Source: Schizosaccharomyces osmophilus
Lineage: Eukaryota
Direction: 5' to 3'
Assembly: GCF_027921745.1 (NCBI RefSeq)
Contig: NC_079238.1
Span: 5,208,001 to 5,272,000, forward strand
Length of the DNA stretch: 64,000 nt
Both the position numbers and the translations under genes were made by a program. The notes beneath the pieces are model-generated. The model made no database searches, was not told the DNA's origin, and saw only the letters and a program-made list of their open reading frames with translations. This document shows positions 11,958 through 24,282 of the stretch, one piece after another; position 1 is the stretch's first letter; the number at the start of each line of letters is the position of its first letter.

Positions 11958-14252
11958 ATGGCAAACTTTCTATCGAGACAGAATAGTTTTTTGGATGCTA
12001 CGCATTCTATATCAAACCAATCGCAGACGTCGGAAGTAGCAAACGAAGATGAAGCCTCCACCTTTGAAGAAAGAAAAGATGAACTATTCCATATGGATAC
12101 TGACCTCAATGAGTCCTTTTCAACCATGAATGACTCATGGCAACCAATGCAAGTGATTACAAGCTCCACGCCTGTGTTGGAAGATGAAGACCCGCTGAGT
12201 AGCTTCTCATGCCAGCCTGGTGAAATTACAAATCAAGAATTGTTGACAGATGCCCAATATACGCGTGTTTATCGAGACGAAAACGAAGACCAAAAGCATC
12301 AGCTTGATAGCAACGCTATGAAGGTACTCAGTATTAATGACAACGATCAAGATGAGTTAAACATGGAGAACCAAATGGGTGTCACTGAAGGTATTCTGAC
12401 TGAATCAGAAAAAATGGCATACGCTGGCGTATGCAGATTAGCAATAATGTTAATGGTTGATAATGTCGCTCAACTAACGTCTTTTTCTTGGTATCGAGGC
12501 GAATGCAAAAGCGCGCTTGAAAACATCATTGTTTGGGCCGACAAGGTTACCGAAAACTTGTATGAACATCTGGACATCTCTAAGGAAGAACGAAAAATGA
12601 TTGAAAATCTTCAGCGGCATTCTGTCTCGTTAGGAGACCTTGCCAAAATCCTTGTATCATCTAATCATGTAACTTCAACTTCAGACATTCTGGAAGATGA
12701 AGACTTAGTTGATGAAGCTGTTGCGTCAGATTTGAAGACATCTAAAGAAGTACGGATTGACGTTCGTTGGACTGTGATTTGTGATCTTTTCCTGGTGTTA
12801 ATATCCAAATCCATCTATGATGCTCGTTCACGTGTACTCTTATACTTTGTGGGCAAATTGTTGGGTTTAGACTCGTTGGAAATCACAAAGTTTGAGAAAT
12901 ACATAATTGAGACCATCGAAACTGATCATGTTAATGAATTAGACATGGGATCAAGCTCGAATAGTGAAGCTGTCGTCAAATTTCGTAAGAAATTTTCGAA
13001 ACGTCGCAAATATGTCTTGATGGGTTTGGCAGGTGTCGGTGGAGGTTTAGTCATTGGGCTCTCTTCTGGTCTTTTAGCTCCCTTTATTTCAGCTGGTATA
13101 GGAGCTGCATTTACTACTGTTGGCTTGGGTGGTGTCGCATCTTCAGGTTTCTTGGCTGGCGGAGGAAGCGCAGCTATAATTACCGTCGGGGGTGTTTTAT
13201 CTGGAACACATTTAGGAACCGCTGGAATGGCTCGTAGAAAAGCCGATGTCAAAACTTTTGAATTTCGGCCATTACATGCCAACGGACGTTCCAATGTTGT
13301 TGTAACCGTATCTGGGTGGATGTCAGGTAAAGAAGATGATGTGCGTTTGTCGTTTTCTTCCCTTGATCCAATAGTTGGCGATGTGTTTTCGGTTCTCTGG
13401 GAGCCTGAAGTGCTTGCGTCTGCTGGTCAGACGATGAACATTTTAGCTACCGAAGTTATGACCCAATCATTGCAACAAGTTTTGGGTTCCACGGTACTGG
13501 TATCATTGATGGGTGCAATCCAAGTTCCTTTAATTCTAACAAAACTGAGCTATTTAATAGATAATCCCTGGAACAACTCTTTGGATCGAGCCAAATCCAC
13601 TGGTCAATTGCTCGCCGATTTATTGTGCTATAGGTATTTAGGAGTCAGACCGGTAACCTTAGTAGGCTATTCATTAGGTGCTCGTGTGATATACTATTGT
13701 TTGAGAGAGTTAGAGAAGAAGAAAGAGTATAGTGTGGTGGAAAACGTGTATATCTTTGGTACTCCCGTTATCTTTAAGCGTTCTTCTTGGCTAAAAGCAA
13801 GTTCAGTTGTAGCCGGACGTTTTGTTAACGGCTTCAAGAAAAATGACTGGATCCTTGGTTATCTCTTTCGAGCTACTTCTGGTGGAATAGGACGCGTTGC
13901 TGGATTGAGAAGCATTGACGATATTCCTGGCATGGAAAATATTGATGTTACTGATTTAGTCCCAGGTCACTTAGCTTATCGAGAAGTTATGCCGGAGCTA
14001 TTGTCTTTAATTGGATTTGAGTTACTTAATGAAGAACCAGATCTTGTACAGGAACCAATACCTGAGTCTTTACAGGAGCGACAATCCGAGCTGCTTCATG
14101 AAGTTGAAGCGGAAGAGTGTCAAAAAAAGCAACAAGAGCTGATTGCTCATACTATGAAAGCGAAGGGACGTAAGTATACACCTGAAAGTACTTCTATTTA
14201 TCGTAGTCTAAAGAAATCTAAAAAGAAATGCGGTTCATCTTCGAAACCATAG
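11958..14252 (+). CDS. DUF726/TMCO4/Mil1-family membrane protein with a lipase-like motif
   Basis: 764-aa ORF with Gly-rich hydrophobic segments and a GYSLG (GxSxG) motif in RPVTLVGYSLGARVI. Confidence 0.85.
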   Translation: MANFLSRQNSFLDATHSISNQSQTSEVANEDEASTFEERKDELFHMDTDLNESFSTMNDSWQPMQVITSSTPVLEDEDPLSSFSCQPGEITNQELLTDAQYTRVYRDENEDQKHQLDSNAMKVLSINDNDQDELNMENQMGVTEGILTESEKMAYAGVCRLAIMLMVDNVAQLTSFSWYRGECKSALENIIVWADKVTENLYEHLDISKEERKMIENLQRHSVSLGDLAKILVSSNHVTSTSDILEDEDLVDEAVASDLKTSKEVRIDVRWTVICDLFLVLISKSIYDARSRVLLYFVGKLLGLDSLEITKFEKYIIETIETDHVNELDMGSSSNSEAVVKFRKKFSKRRKYVLMGLAGVGGGLVIGLSSGLLAPFISAGIGAAFTTVGLGGVASSGFLAGGGSAAIITVGGVLSGTHLGTAGMARRKADVKTFEFRPLHANGRSNVVVTVSGWMSGKEDDVRLSFSSLDPIVGDVFSVLWEPEVLASAGQTMNILATEVMTQSLQQVLGSTVLVSLMGAIQVPLILTKLSYLIDNPWNNSLDRAKSTGQLLADLLCYRYLGVRPVTLVGYSLGARVIYYCLRELEKKKEYSVVENVYIFGTPVIFKRSSWLKASSVVAGRFVNGFKKNDWILGYLFRATSGGIGRVAGLRSIDDIPGMENIDVTDLVPGHLAYREVMPELLSLIGFELLNEEPDLVQEPIPESLQERQSELLHEVEAEECQKKQQELIAHTMKAKGRKYTPESTSIYRSLKKSKKKCGSSSKP

Positions 14253-14495
14253 GGACCAAATTAAAATCCCATAATACTTTAATTCGAAGCTTCTTACTAT
14301 TTAATTGTCACGATAATTGTAATGTGCATTAACTATAACTTGGTTTATAATCTAAAATTTCATAAGTTATCGTTCGATTGAAAAAAAAGTTTGGCATCAT
14401 CATCATCATAATAAATAGTTCAAAAGGTCAAGTCAGTCAAATACTTGTTGCACTTAACCCAACATGACAAAAAGAAGTAAAAACATCAACCTATA

Positions 14496-15817
14496 TCATT
14501 GCTTGGCGTGAAGCCATAGCTCCCGAATATTTGTAAAAAATTCGACATGGACGTTCGCGTAGTCATTAATTGCACTAAGCATCTCGCTTTGGCGGACATT
14601 ATCAAAAAGCTTTGTTTCCTCCCGAACACGTTGATTGAATGCTTCATGAACAATAGATGCTTCTTGAATAGCCTGCTCCACAGCCTGTAGTTCCGACTGA
14701 ACCTGCTCTAATCGCTTCAGCCGAGAATCATTGTGATCAACTCCACGCAAATCATCAAACGTTTTAGAAAAGCTAAATCCACTAGAGCCTCCGGAGGATA
14801 TTTTATCTCTATCTAAAGAGAGTTTTGATGAATATTCTTGCAATGCCTCTACATCCTGCTGCTTTTGGTCACGGCGTTTTAATAGTTCTTTGAGAGATTG
14901 GGCATAAGACTGGACATCTTTTATTGTGTCGAGTAAAAGAGTTAGCTTCTCGATCAAAAAAGAATACTCTTCGCCTGTTTTTTGAAGAGCTTGGTGTATA
15001 GACTCAACGGGAATTTCGAGTGTTTGGTCTAACGAAGCCAATCGATCAAACTGGGCAGAAACATCTTCGTAGTCAGTCTCGAGGGTTTTCTCAAGTCGAA
15101 CGATTCTTTGAATGGAGGTTTCGAGGTTAGAAATACCCAGCATGAACTGTTGCACATGATCCCGTTGAATATCGAATTCAGTAGGCTCTTCCTTGAGTTT
15201 CGAAAAGGCGTTAAGCAATGAGTCGGAAAACTCATCCAGCTTCGAGGTAGTGTTTAATTTTGGTTGAATGAAATAGCGAACATAGTTATTCCAGTTTGGG
15301 TTCTCCAAAAAGGCAATGAAGTGAGGAGAACGATGTAAAACCGGATGAAAAGCACAGCGAGTGATGTACCGATTCAAAAGGCTGGCCCTTCTGTTTATGA
15401 AGTTATCAGAAAATCGATTTCCTTTTATGTATTCTGAATAGTTATTAGCAAAAGGTTGAAATGATGCAAGGCAAGTGTACAATACATACCTAGTTTATGT
15501 TTAGCAGGAAGCGGTGGAACAACACAATCTTCATTCAATCGAGACAATATCTCTTGAAGCTTGACGAAATCAGAAAATCGACGTCGTACTTTACATTCTG
15601 GTCGTGTGAATAAGGGTGAATTCGTCTATCATATCATTGTTAGTATTTTTGTTGCAGGGATCAATTACTTAAAAACTACACCTACCTTTGTAATTATTAA
15701 ATAAGAGACGTGCGTGTCGCGTGAACCTTGAAGCTCCTTCCTGGGTTCTGTTACGAAACATTCTAAAAAGGGAGTTGAAATGGGAGCAGGGTTCTCTGAC
15801 TCAGTAGAGTTTAACAT
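14496..15817 (-). CDS. atg24: Sorting nexin Snx4/Atg24 (PX-BAR), 3 exons
   Basis: ATG at 15817; introns at 15626-15685 and 15434-15489. PX motifs RRRFSDF and VPPLPAKH, then a coiled-coil BAR region. Confidence 0.87.
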
Positions 15818-18361
15818 AGAAAAAGACGAATTTAGGTGATAGGAATATGGATTACCAAACTATTTAATTCGACAAGATGCTCAAAGGCCGCAAATAGGGT
15901 ACTTATCACAAACGTATTCAAGGGGAGAGAGAAATAAACTCGCTATGAGACAACAAGGAATTACTGTTCCTTCAAAAGCTGTATGATGAATAAAAAAGTC
16001 AAATGCCTAGCCGTAACTTGTATGGGAGCAGAAGTTACGATTCGAGTAGTATATGAGGATTATTCGGTACTAAGAAATGTACATGCGGTTCAGGATATGT
16101 TGAGACAGGATTTTAGTAAAAATAACTTGTTTTTCTCAGAAAGGATGCCAAAACTGAGCTTGTTAAGAGATAGCGTTGAATGCGAGGTTGGTTCTAGTTT
16201 CCTTGGTATATGTGATAGATGAGAAGAAAGCTCGAGCAGGCTGAAGAAGTTGAAAAGAAGTTTAGAATCAATGGAAATCCGAGAATCCCCCGAAAAAAAG
16301 AAAATTTGGTTTTGAAACAAATTTCTTATTCTTGTATGTATGTGGTGGTTGAATTGTCAGAGTCGTTAGAAGGGATGGATACCAATAGTATTGGTAAGAA
16401 AGTGTTTGAAGTATATTTTAATTAATCAAAGAATGAATAAAAGTTAAAAAGGTATCTACTCAATGACTATGGCAGGTCTAATGTCATTTCCTATTGATGG
16501 TTCAAGTCTTTTCCATCGATTATGCCTAGCGAAGATCAAACAGCTATGTGTTCCGAAACAACTTTCTAGCTTTCTACAGATAATTTTCTAAATCCAAATT
16601 CTTCAGATCGAAATGTTACCAAATTCTTACTGTGTGTACCTTCAGTCTGTTGATACCCTTATTTCTAAGGACTTGTAAATATTGTTAAGTAAAGCTCCTT
16701 CTATTAGAAATCAAATTTCGCAAAACAAAAATTTTCGTTCTTTTGTATTTAATCGGATTAGTTGTTGTTCCCTGTGCTTCATCTCATGAATTATTCACCT
16801 ACCGCAAGGGCTGAAATATTAGTTTGCAACAAAGGTTTGCTGGTTCTCTACAAATCCATTTTTATTTTTATTTATTTTCAATTTATATTTGTTTGATAAG
16901 TTACTTAGTTTTGTGCTTTCAATGACCAAAATAATATGTAAACAAAGGAACTTCGCGTACGTAAATATAAACAAATAAATACGTAAGAGATCGGGTTGTT
17001 TACATGAATAAAAACATGTAGAACATGAGTTGATGTTAATATAAAGAAAAAGAGAGAAATTAAGAGGAAATAATCCGAAAGATGCTCACGAAGTTTGCCT
17101 GGTTTCGTTCGTTTATGATGAACGAGGTAGAAATTAAGAAGGCGAATATATTCTTGTCACAGGATTTCATTTTCTTCAATACTAGATGTCAAAGAATTGT
17201 GCACTATAAAAGTATAGTACTGGTTTTCTATTGAATAGATTTTTTCAGTTTTGATGCTAGATGAAAGTAGGAGGGTTTCCTATATAGGAACTACTGTATG
17301 ATACTCTAAAAAGAAAGATTGAAGATTTGCAAAACTAAAAATAAACAGAAATTAGAGTAATAATCAATAAATGCAACCTCGTCGTACTGGCCTAACCAAA
17401 AGAGTATTGAAGAAATACGAAAGACGATAGAGGTTTATCAGTACCGAAATACCTGTCCAGTGGTAGCTTCCACAAAAAAGACTGATTTTAGCAAAATAAA
17501 AAGGTAACTCCATGCCTTTGGTCCAACAGTAATGAATGCGGAATCCTGTTTCTCGTGTTCAAATCGCCTATTATTGTCCGTTACAATAATACACATCGCA
17601 TTAATGGAAAAAATAATATGATAATAGGAATGTTTGTAATAAAACATTTCTAACTGTGTTTCCAACTCGAAAATAACGAAAGAAATTCTCTTTTAAATTT
17701 GTTGCAAAGAAAATGAGTCATCTCTGAGCTTCAGATCTACCACCTTAACCGAGTTTTTCGTATTAAACGCTCACATTCTGGGTACAGAGAGCAAGCAAAT
17801 AAATACTTGCTGAGAGATTACAAGACTTTTAAATTGATACAGAAGAGACGTGTACAATTGCTAGTGAGTGCAGCTAGATGTAGATTCTATAAAGGCAAAC
17901 AGGGTATGTGAGAACATTTCTCTTTCATTGTATGACTCCAGAAGTCGTCAAAATTAGCCGATGAAAGAGAATAAAAAGAGATTAGAAAAAGGAGCTCCAT
18001 TACTAAAGAGCAGCTGCTTTCCCATGCCTTTTCTGGTACCTGTAAACAAACGTTGGAAAGAACGAAAGTATGATTTTTGGAGATATCATCAAATGAAAAT
18101 TTCATAATGATTGATATTTTTTAATTGTTTCTTCATCTTTCATCTTGAATATCTTTCTCTGAACAAAACAAAAGCAATAAATGAAAGTTAAAAAAATGCG
18201 ATTCCATCCAACAGAACCACTTCAAAAACAATTTCGTTTTTTAACAAATGTTGGTTTCTAGTAAATAATAAAAATAAAAAAAAGAAAGGACTTGAACTCT
18301 GGTTTGCATCTACGTAGCTTGCTCGACTTAACCAAACGCTTTCTTAAACGTTCAGAGGTTC

Positions 18362-19495
18362 ATGGATCTACTAGAAACGAAACGCATTTTGGCTGTTCAG
18401 GTAAGTTTTTGATTGTAGGGTATCAAAAACTAACTAAAAAGTCATCGGTTTGTCACGGTTACGTTGGTAATCGTTCTGCTACATTTCCATTGCAACTTTT
18501 GGGCTGGGATGTGGATGTTATACCCACCGTAGAGTTGTCAAACCATGCAGGTCTGTTCCTACGACAACATGTCTCTACATGAAATCTGACTTTCGCCAGG
18601 CTACCCAATTGTCAAAGGAAGAACTTTGGATGCTGCTCACATTATGGACTTGTACGAAGGCGTAAGCCTTGCTAACCCAAATGGATACGATTGCCTTTTG
18701 ACAGGCTATTCCAGAGGAAAAGAATGTGTAGAAACCATTTTTCAAATCGCTAAACTTGTAAAAGCGAAAAACCCAAATGCCATTTGGGGTACGATATTTG
18801 GAAATTACGTTTATGATTGATCAATATACTAACCTTTAATTTTCTTTAGTATTAGATCCTGTCCTAGGAGATAATGGAAAACTTTATGTCGAAGAAGCAA
18901 TACTTCCTTTATATCGTTCCATGCTGCCTTACGCAGATTTAATCACGCCCAATGGATTTGAAGCTGAGTATGGGGTTTGTTATTTTCTATAATAATCTAA
19001 CAGCTGTTTATTAGGGTTTTGACAGAGATGCCCGTAAACTCATTAGCGTCTGCCTATGACTGTGTTCAGGTTTTGCACGAGATGTACCATATCAAACACG
19101 TCGTAATTTCCTCATTCTTGGCAATAGAAGGAAACGTTTGGAAACTTTATTGTTTTGCTTCTTCAATTGGTTCGAAGCCCTTTTATGTGAAGATTCCATT
19201 CATTGAAGGCTTCTTCTGCGGTACCGGTGATTTATTAACAGCTCTGCTTGCAGCTCATATCGCTTCCAATGAATTTAAAGAAGATTCTGATTCATTTAAG
19301 AGAGCAATTGAAGTTTCCTTAAGCTCAGTTCATGAAGTCGTGCAACGAACCGCTTCTCGGGTCGAGTCTTTGAATGTGAAAGAGTATCATCCAGCATACT
19401 CGGAGCTTTCAATCGTGAAAAGTCAACATAGCATTCTTTCTCCTTCATTCCCATTGTTTGGAGTTTATTTCGATAGATCTCAAAACGCCGTATAA
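18362..19495 (+). CDS. Pyridoxal kinase (PdxK/Bud16 family), 5 exons
   Basis: Spliced frame reads [26 protein letters not shown]...SNHAGY...LDPVLGDNG...TPNGFE...GTGD. Four introns; intron 2 has an atypical GTCTGT donor. Confidence 0.9.
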
Positions 19496-19723
19496 AGGCA
19501 ATCTTTTCCCAAAAAAAGGATTTCTACTCACTTTTACTTTCTTGGTTTTGTCTACGAATAACTTCCTACTTTATTTTTGAACTACACTAACTATAAAACA
19601 ATTTATTTTATAATTTATATTAAATTTATGAGACTTTCACTTCCTTCTTCTTACGTTTCATCTCTTGTATAACCTATGATGACTTCCCATACCTACCAAG
19701 TCTAACCCAGCTTACCATCCGCC

Positions 19724-20724
19724 ATGCTATCGTTAGACTATAACAACAGATTCATTCACGATATTCTGACAGAACGGTTTCAAACGTAAGCTTATAATTA
19801 AAACATTCTGAAAGCTAACCTATAAGTGGAAATCCGTCGTCAATTGATCAAGTTGTCACGGATTTCGACGGAGTGACCTTTCATATCTCAACTCCCGAGT
19901 CAAAAACGAAAATATTAATTAGTTTGTATATGAAATGCTTCTCCGAACTGGTTAATTACGGCACTTTGGGTCTACTCAACCAAATTTACGGCCCTTACGT
20001 CCATAACCCTGTTGAGAGTGGATACAACTTTAGTATCGTTATTGACTTGGAGCAATTACCTTCTACCCAAGAGGAAAGAGAGCAACTGATTATTTCTGCT
20101 TCTTTATTAAAGCGTAACGCCCTCGCAGCTCCATTCCATGGTGCCTTTGCTAAGCAAGCCGAGTTGGCCGAAATCGTAAAGAAAGACCCCGAAAACATTG
20201 TTTTGGTGAACAAGAAGTCAGTTGCTGAAAATTATATGGCTATCCATTATCGTGATGAGGAAATGATTATCTTATGGCCCGAGCACGATCGAGTTACTGT
20301 GGTCTTTTCCACCAAGTTTTTGGAAGAAGCAGACAGAATATTTGGCAAAGTATTTTTACAAGAGTTCGTAGATGCGCGTCGCCGCCCTTCTATCCAAACT
20401 GCTCCACAAGTGTTGTTCTCGTACCGTGATCCTCCTTTGGAAATCCGCAATGTTGGTGGAATAAAAAACGAGCACGACGACACTGGATTCGTAACCTTTG
20501 TCTTATTTGAGCGTCATTTCACCCCCCAAGTCCGGGAAGACTGTATTTCGCACATTCAAATTTTCCGCAATACATTACATTATCACATCAAGGCATCCAA
20601 GGCCTACATGCATCAGCGCATGCGTAAGCGTGTTGCAGACTTCCAAAAAGTACTAAACCGTGCTAAACCTGATGTGAAAATGGAAAGAAAAACTGCCAGC
20701 GGTCGATCCTTTGCGCATGCTTAA
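19724..20724 (+). CDS. arc2: Arp2/3 complex subunit ARPC2 (p34), 2 exons
   Basis: MLSLDYNN... start and one short intron. Motifs VTDFDGVTFHI, VFLQEF and HYHIKASKAYMHQRMR. Confidence 0.93.
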
Positions 20725-21318
20725 AGGACGGATAACGCCTATTCAAAAACTGATTCTCATCACTTTTTGTATTATCCTGTTGTCCTTGTGGAAGCAGTTC
20801 AAGAAAAAACCACAAGCTAATAAGCTTCTACTACGTTATAGTTTACCTTTCCACGAATTTTGATTATGCGCTTATGTATTATGTGACTGGATTCTTTCTT
20901 TCTAATGAATTATTTCCGTCAACCCTTGATTGTAGAGTATTTGCTTCTCTACATGATGTGCGTATAGATTGAAATAAATCCAACGTCGTTTTTATTTTAC
21001 TTGAAACAGATGTAATTGAGTACGATTTGTATAATTGAGTATAAAAGAAATTTTTTCTTCTTGCTTACTTACACACAAAAAGAATGTACATGCCGTCAAG
21101 GGAATACTTATGCTCTCATTTATACTCACATTTGAAAAGAAAGAAATGAGTTGTAGATTTGATATTAGAACAACCATTGCAAAACACCCATTAAAACATT
21201 GTATAATGAACCATGAAAAACACTATTATTCTCTTCTCATTATCGGTTGATAAATACATATTTTATGTCCAAAACGCCTGCCTGTAGATTGTTGATCGTA
21301 CAACCGTGTTAAGCAACT

Positions 21319-21873
21319 CTACATTTCACGAAAAGAAAGCCGACGGCGATTATCTGCTGCATTTGCCTCATATTTACGCTTTCTCCTCCTGCTTGTTTCT
21401 GTGGAGTCATCTAGATCGTAATTCACAGAACGAGCATTGGGACTGGTAAGAGAAGACAGAGAAAATAAGCGATCTGATTCTACATATTCCGAGCGACGCC
21501 GTAAATTTGTTCCAGTCGCTTTCAGTAATCCATCGAAGCCACGGATTATGTTTCCTGTCCCAGATGTTTTTTCAAGATAGTTTCCCTCTAGCTGATACAA
21601 GGAGTCCTCAATGTCCATCAAGGAAGTCTCCAGGTCATGACGCTTTCCAAGCATATCATGTAATTCCTTTTTACAACTTTCATAGTAGGAGGGATTGGCG
21701 ATTTCATCCTGCACATTTTCTTGGTTAGTTTTGTCAAAAGGAAATATGCTATAGAGAACTTTCAAAGGGAAAAATATCCACGGTCGTTTCGTTTGACCGT
21801 TTTGAATTTATGAAAGAAAATTGTTAGTATTTCTACTTACAGATTCCTTGGCTTTTGTATTGGAATCAGACAT
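21319..21873 (-). CDS. eaf6: NuA4/Mst2 complex subunit Eaf6, 2 exons
   Basis: [11 protein letters not shown] exon, then a GTAAGT intron. Motifs LEGNYLE, GNIIRGF and DRLFSLSS. Confidence 0.88.
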
Positions 21874-22882
21874 TGCTATACAATGTTGGACACAGTCAGT
21901 CCTAAACTTCAAGACAAATCTAATTCCTAAAATATTATTTCAAACAGATTTTAAAAGGAATCTACTTCTCTACACTCCCTTTCCCCTTCTTATACAGTTT
22001 CGTTGGTGTTTTGAGGTACTTGACTTAAAGAAAAGAATATGATATCGTAGTAAAACAAAAACAAATATGTCGTTCTTTGCCAGAATATTTCGATAGAAGC
22101 ATAATGATTTAAATAGAAAATGTGTTTTCTCATGGAATTTGCCCCCTGAAGCTTTGTAGTCCATGATTTCCAAAAAGGTTTGCTGAACGAATCCAAGTCA
22201 TTTTCAGGTCTGTCGTTTTCGTAGTAGAATCAAATTACCAAGAGAATTAGAGTAAACGACGGGAATTGAAGTTTTTCAGTCTTTATTTTCTTTTGGTTCC
22301 ATTACGAGCAATCGCGCTTGGCCATCCTGAATTGATTCCTATCAGACCAGTGCTCATATTGACCACAAGGATCAAAGGTTCTTTCAAAAAATTTGAACAT
22401 TTATAAAAAAAAAACTTATACTTAACGGTGAAACTTTACAAGCTTCATATAGTCCTCTGGGGAGTAGCTAAAGATTGACATACAATTGTCCCGTGAATTG
22501 CACGAGTCAGCTTTGCGAGGAAGGAAGAAATAGTCATGATGGTTGTATTTTTCAATAAAAATTGAGTGGGTAGCTCGTAGGGACGATGCTTGTAAGGACA
22601 AGCATCATGATGTAGAACCGTATAACAAGAATCATGAACAAGAAAAACACGGTCGTTGTCGATGTTTTAAAAGTTTAAGCATTTTCGGAGTATTTCTACA
22701 CACAGTTTTCTCGTGAAATTCATTCAGCTAGACACGGAACACTTGCAGCCTTTTCTTCCTCTCATCCAATGCATTCAATTTGACTTTTGGAACCAGATTA
22801 CAGCATATCCATCCATTCTTTTATATGAAACTATTTCAATCACTCATTGCATTTTAATATTCCTCCTATTTTTCCTTCCTAC

Positions 22883-24156
22883 ATGCCTGCTATAGATACA
22901 AAACGTCTTTTGCGTTTGTTGCCGAAATCGAAAGAAGAACACTCAGAATGTGTCTCCCGACTACGATATGAGGTGATGTTAGACAAAATAGAATCCGACG
23001 CAGATGGAAATTCTCATGTACGTCCATACATTTGGAGCATCTTGTTAAACTCTCCCCCTCGTAGTGCTGATGAGTACATACACTACGTTCGTCAGGGCCC
23101 TTCTCCCATGGCTCAGAAAATACAAAATGATGTCTCTAGAACCTTAGTTGTTGAAGCAAGGTTCCACTCCCGCGTATCCCAATCTTCCCTATCCCGTATA
23201 TTGAATGCCTATGTTTGGAAGCGAGGCGCCATCTACGTCCAAGGAATGAACGTACTCGCTTCTCCTTTTTTGTACGTTTGCAAAAGCGAAAGCCAAGCAT
23301 TTCACCATTTGGATCGGCTCTTACAGCGTGAGTGCCCTCAATACGTTTTGCCCAATATTGATGGAGTTCATAGAGGAGCCAAGGTACGTGCGCCTTTTTT
23401 ACTGTACTAGATTTTAAACATCTAAAAATTTGAAAACAAGGATATTTATTAACTGATAATAGCTTCTTGATAAATGCCTCGAAACGGTTGACTATCCTCT
23501 TTACTCTCATCTTTTTTCTAAAGGCTTAACTGCCAAACTATATGCTTTACCTTGTATGTAAAAAAAGAAGAAAATCCTCTTTTTTTCCAGTCAAAAAGAG
23601 AGTGAATCTTTTCGTACTGTTTACGCTCTTTCTACTAACATTCTAGCCATTCTTACTTTGAGCGCATGCACTGCACCTCTTACAGAAGCGCTAGCAATTT
23701 GGGACTTTTTGTTTGCTTACGGAACCCATCTTAATATTCTATGTGTTATTGCACAATTACTTCTTTTTCGCGACCAACTGATCAATCATTCAAGGTACGG
23801 AAATAAACAACCCAGTGATCGTTAAAAGGCAAATACCTCCTCAACGTGCTTCTGCATAAGAAAGAAAAAAAAAAGTATTATTTATTCTTCATTCACCTCA
23901 TCAAATGCCTCCAGCTTTTTGTTTTTTCTTCACTTCAGATCACTGGTTTTCGTTATCGTTTTTTTACACATGCTAACAATCTAGCCCAATGCATCTTTTA
24001 CGTACTTTTCCTGAATTAGACGCTGAAAAGATAACGGGACTTACTGTTGTCCTTATAACTAAAATACCGCAGGAACTTTATAATCTATTAGCGCGCCATT
24101 CCTGGGATCCGGAAGCAGGGATAGTAATCGATCGTTTAGAACCAAATCGGCATTAG
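22883..24156 (+). CDS. cdc16: SIN GAP subunit Cdc16 (Bub2 ortholog, TBC domain), 4 exons
   Basis: Exons 22883-23383, 23463-23553, 23647-23794 and 23985-24156. TBC motifs IQNDVSRT and YVQGMN; C-terminal LLRTFP...LLARHSWD. Confidence 0.92.
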
Positions 24157-24184
24157 GGTAGGGTTAAAAAAGAAACCAGTCACG
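24155..24184 (+). promoter_or_regulatory. Homol E (AGGGTAGGGT, 24155-24164) and Homol D (CAGTCACG, 24177-24184) ribosomal-protein promoter boxes
   Basis: Exact matches to the fission-yeast RP-gene elements, in the canonical E-then-D order, about 100 bp upstream of the rps13 ATG. Confidence 0.9.
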
Positions 24185-24282
24185 ATGGTATTGACAAGGA
24201 AATAAGGAGCAAATGATTTTCTTTAAGCACCACCTCTCACTCGCGTCGCGCCTCAACCAAAAAACAACAAATTTAAGTCAAA

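Noticed and set aside
14395..14409. (CAT)5 repeat between convergent genes
   Set aside because: Trivial microsatellite with no further structure.
15983..16425. Short ORFs upstream of atg24
   Set aside because: Low-complexity purine/pyrimidine-biased leader sequence with no recognisable domain.
17371..17430. 19-codon basic micro-ORF MQPRRTGLTKRVLKKYERR
   Set aside because: Too short to support without conservation or ribosome-profiling data.
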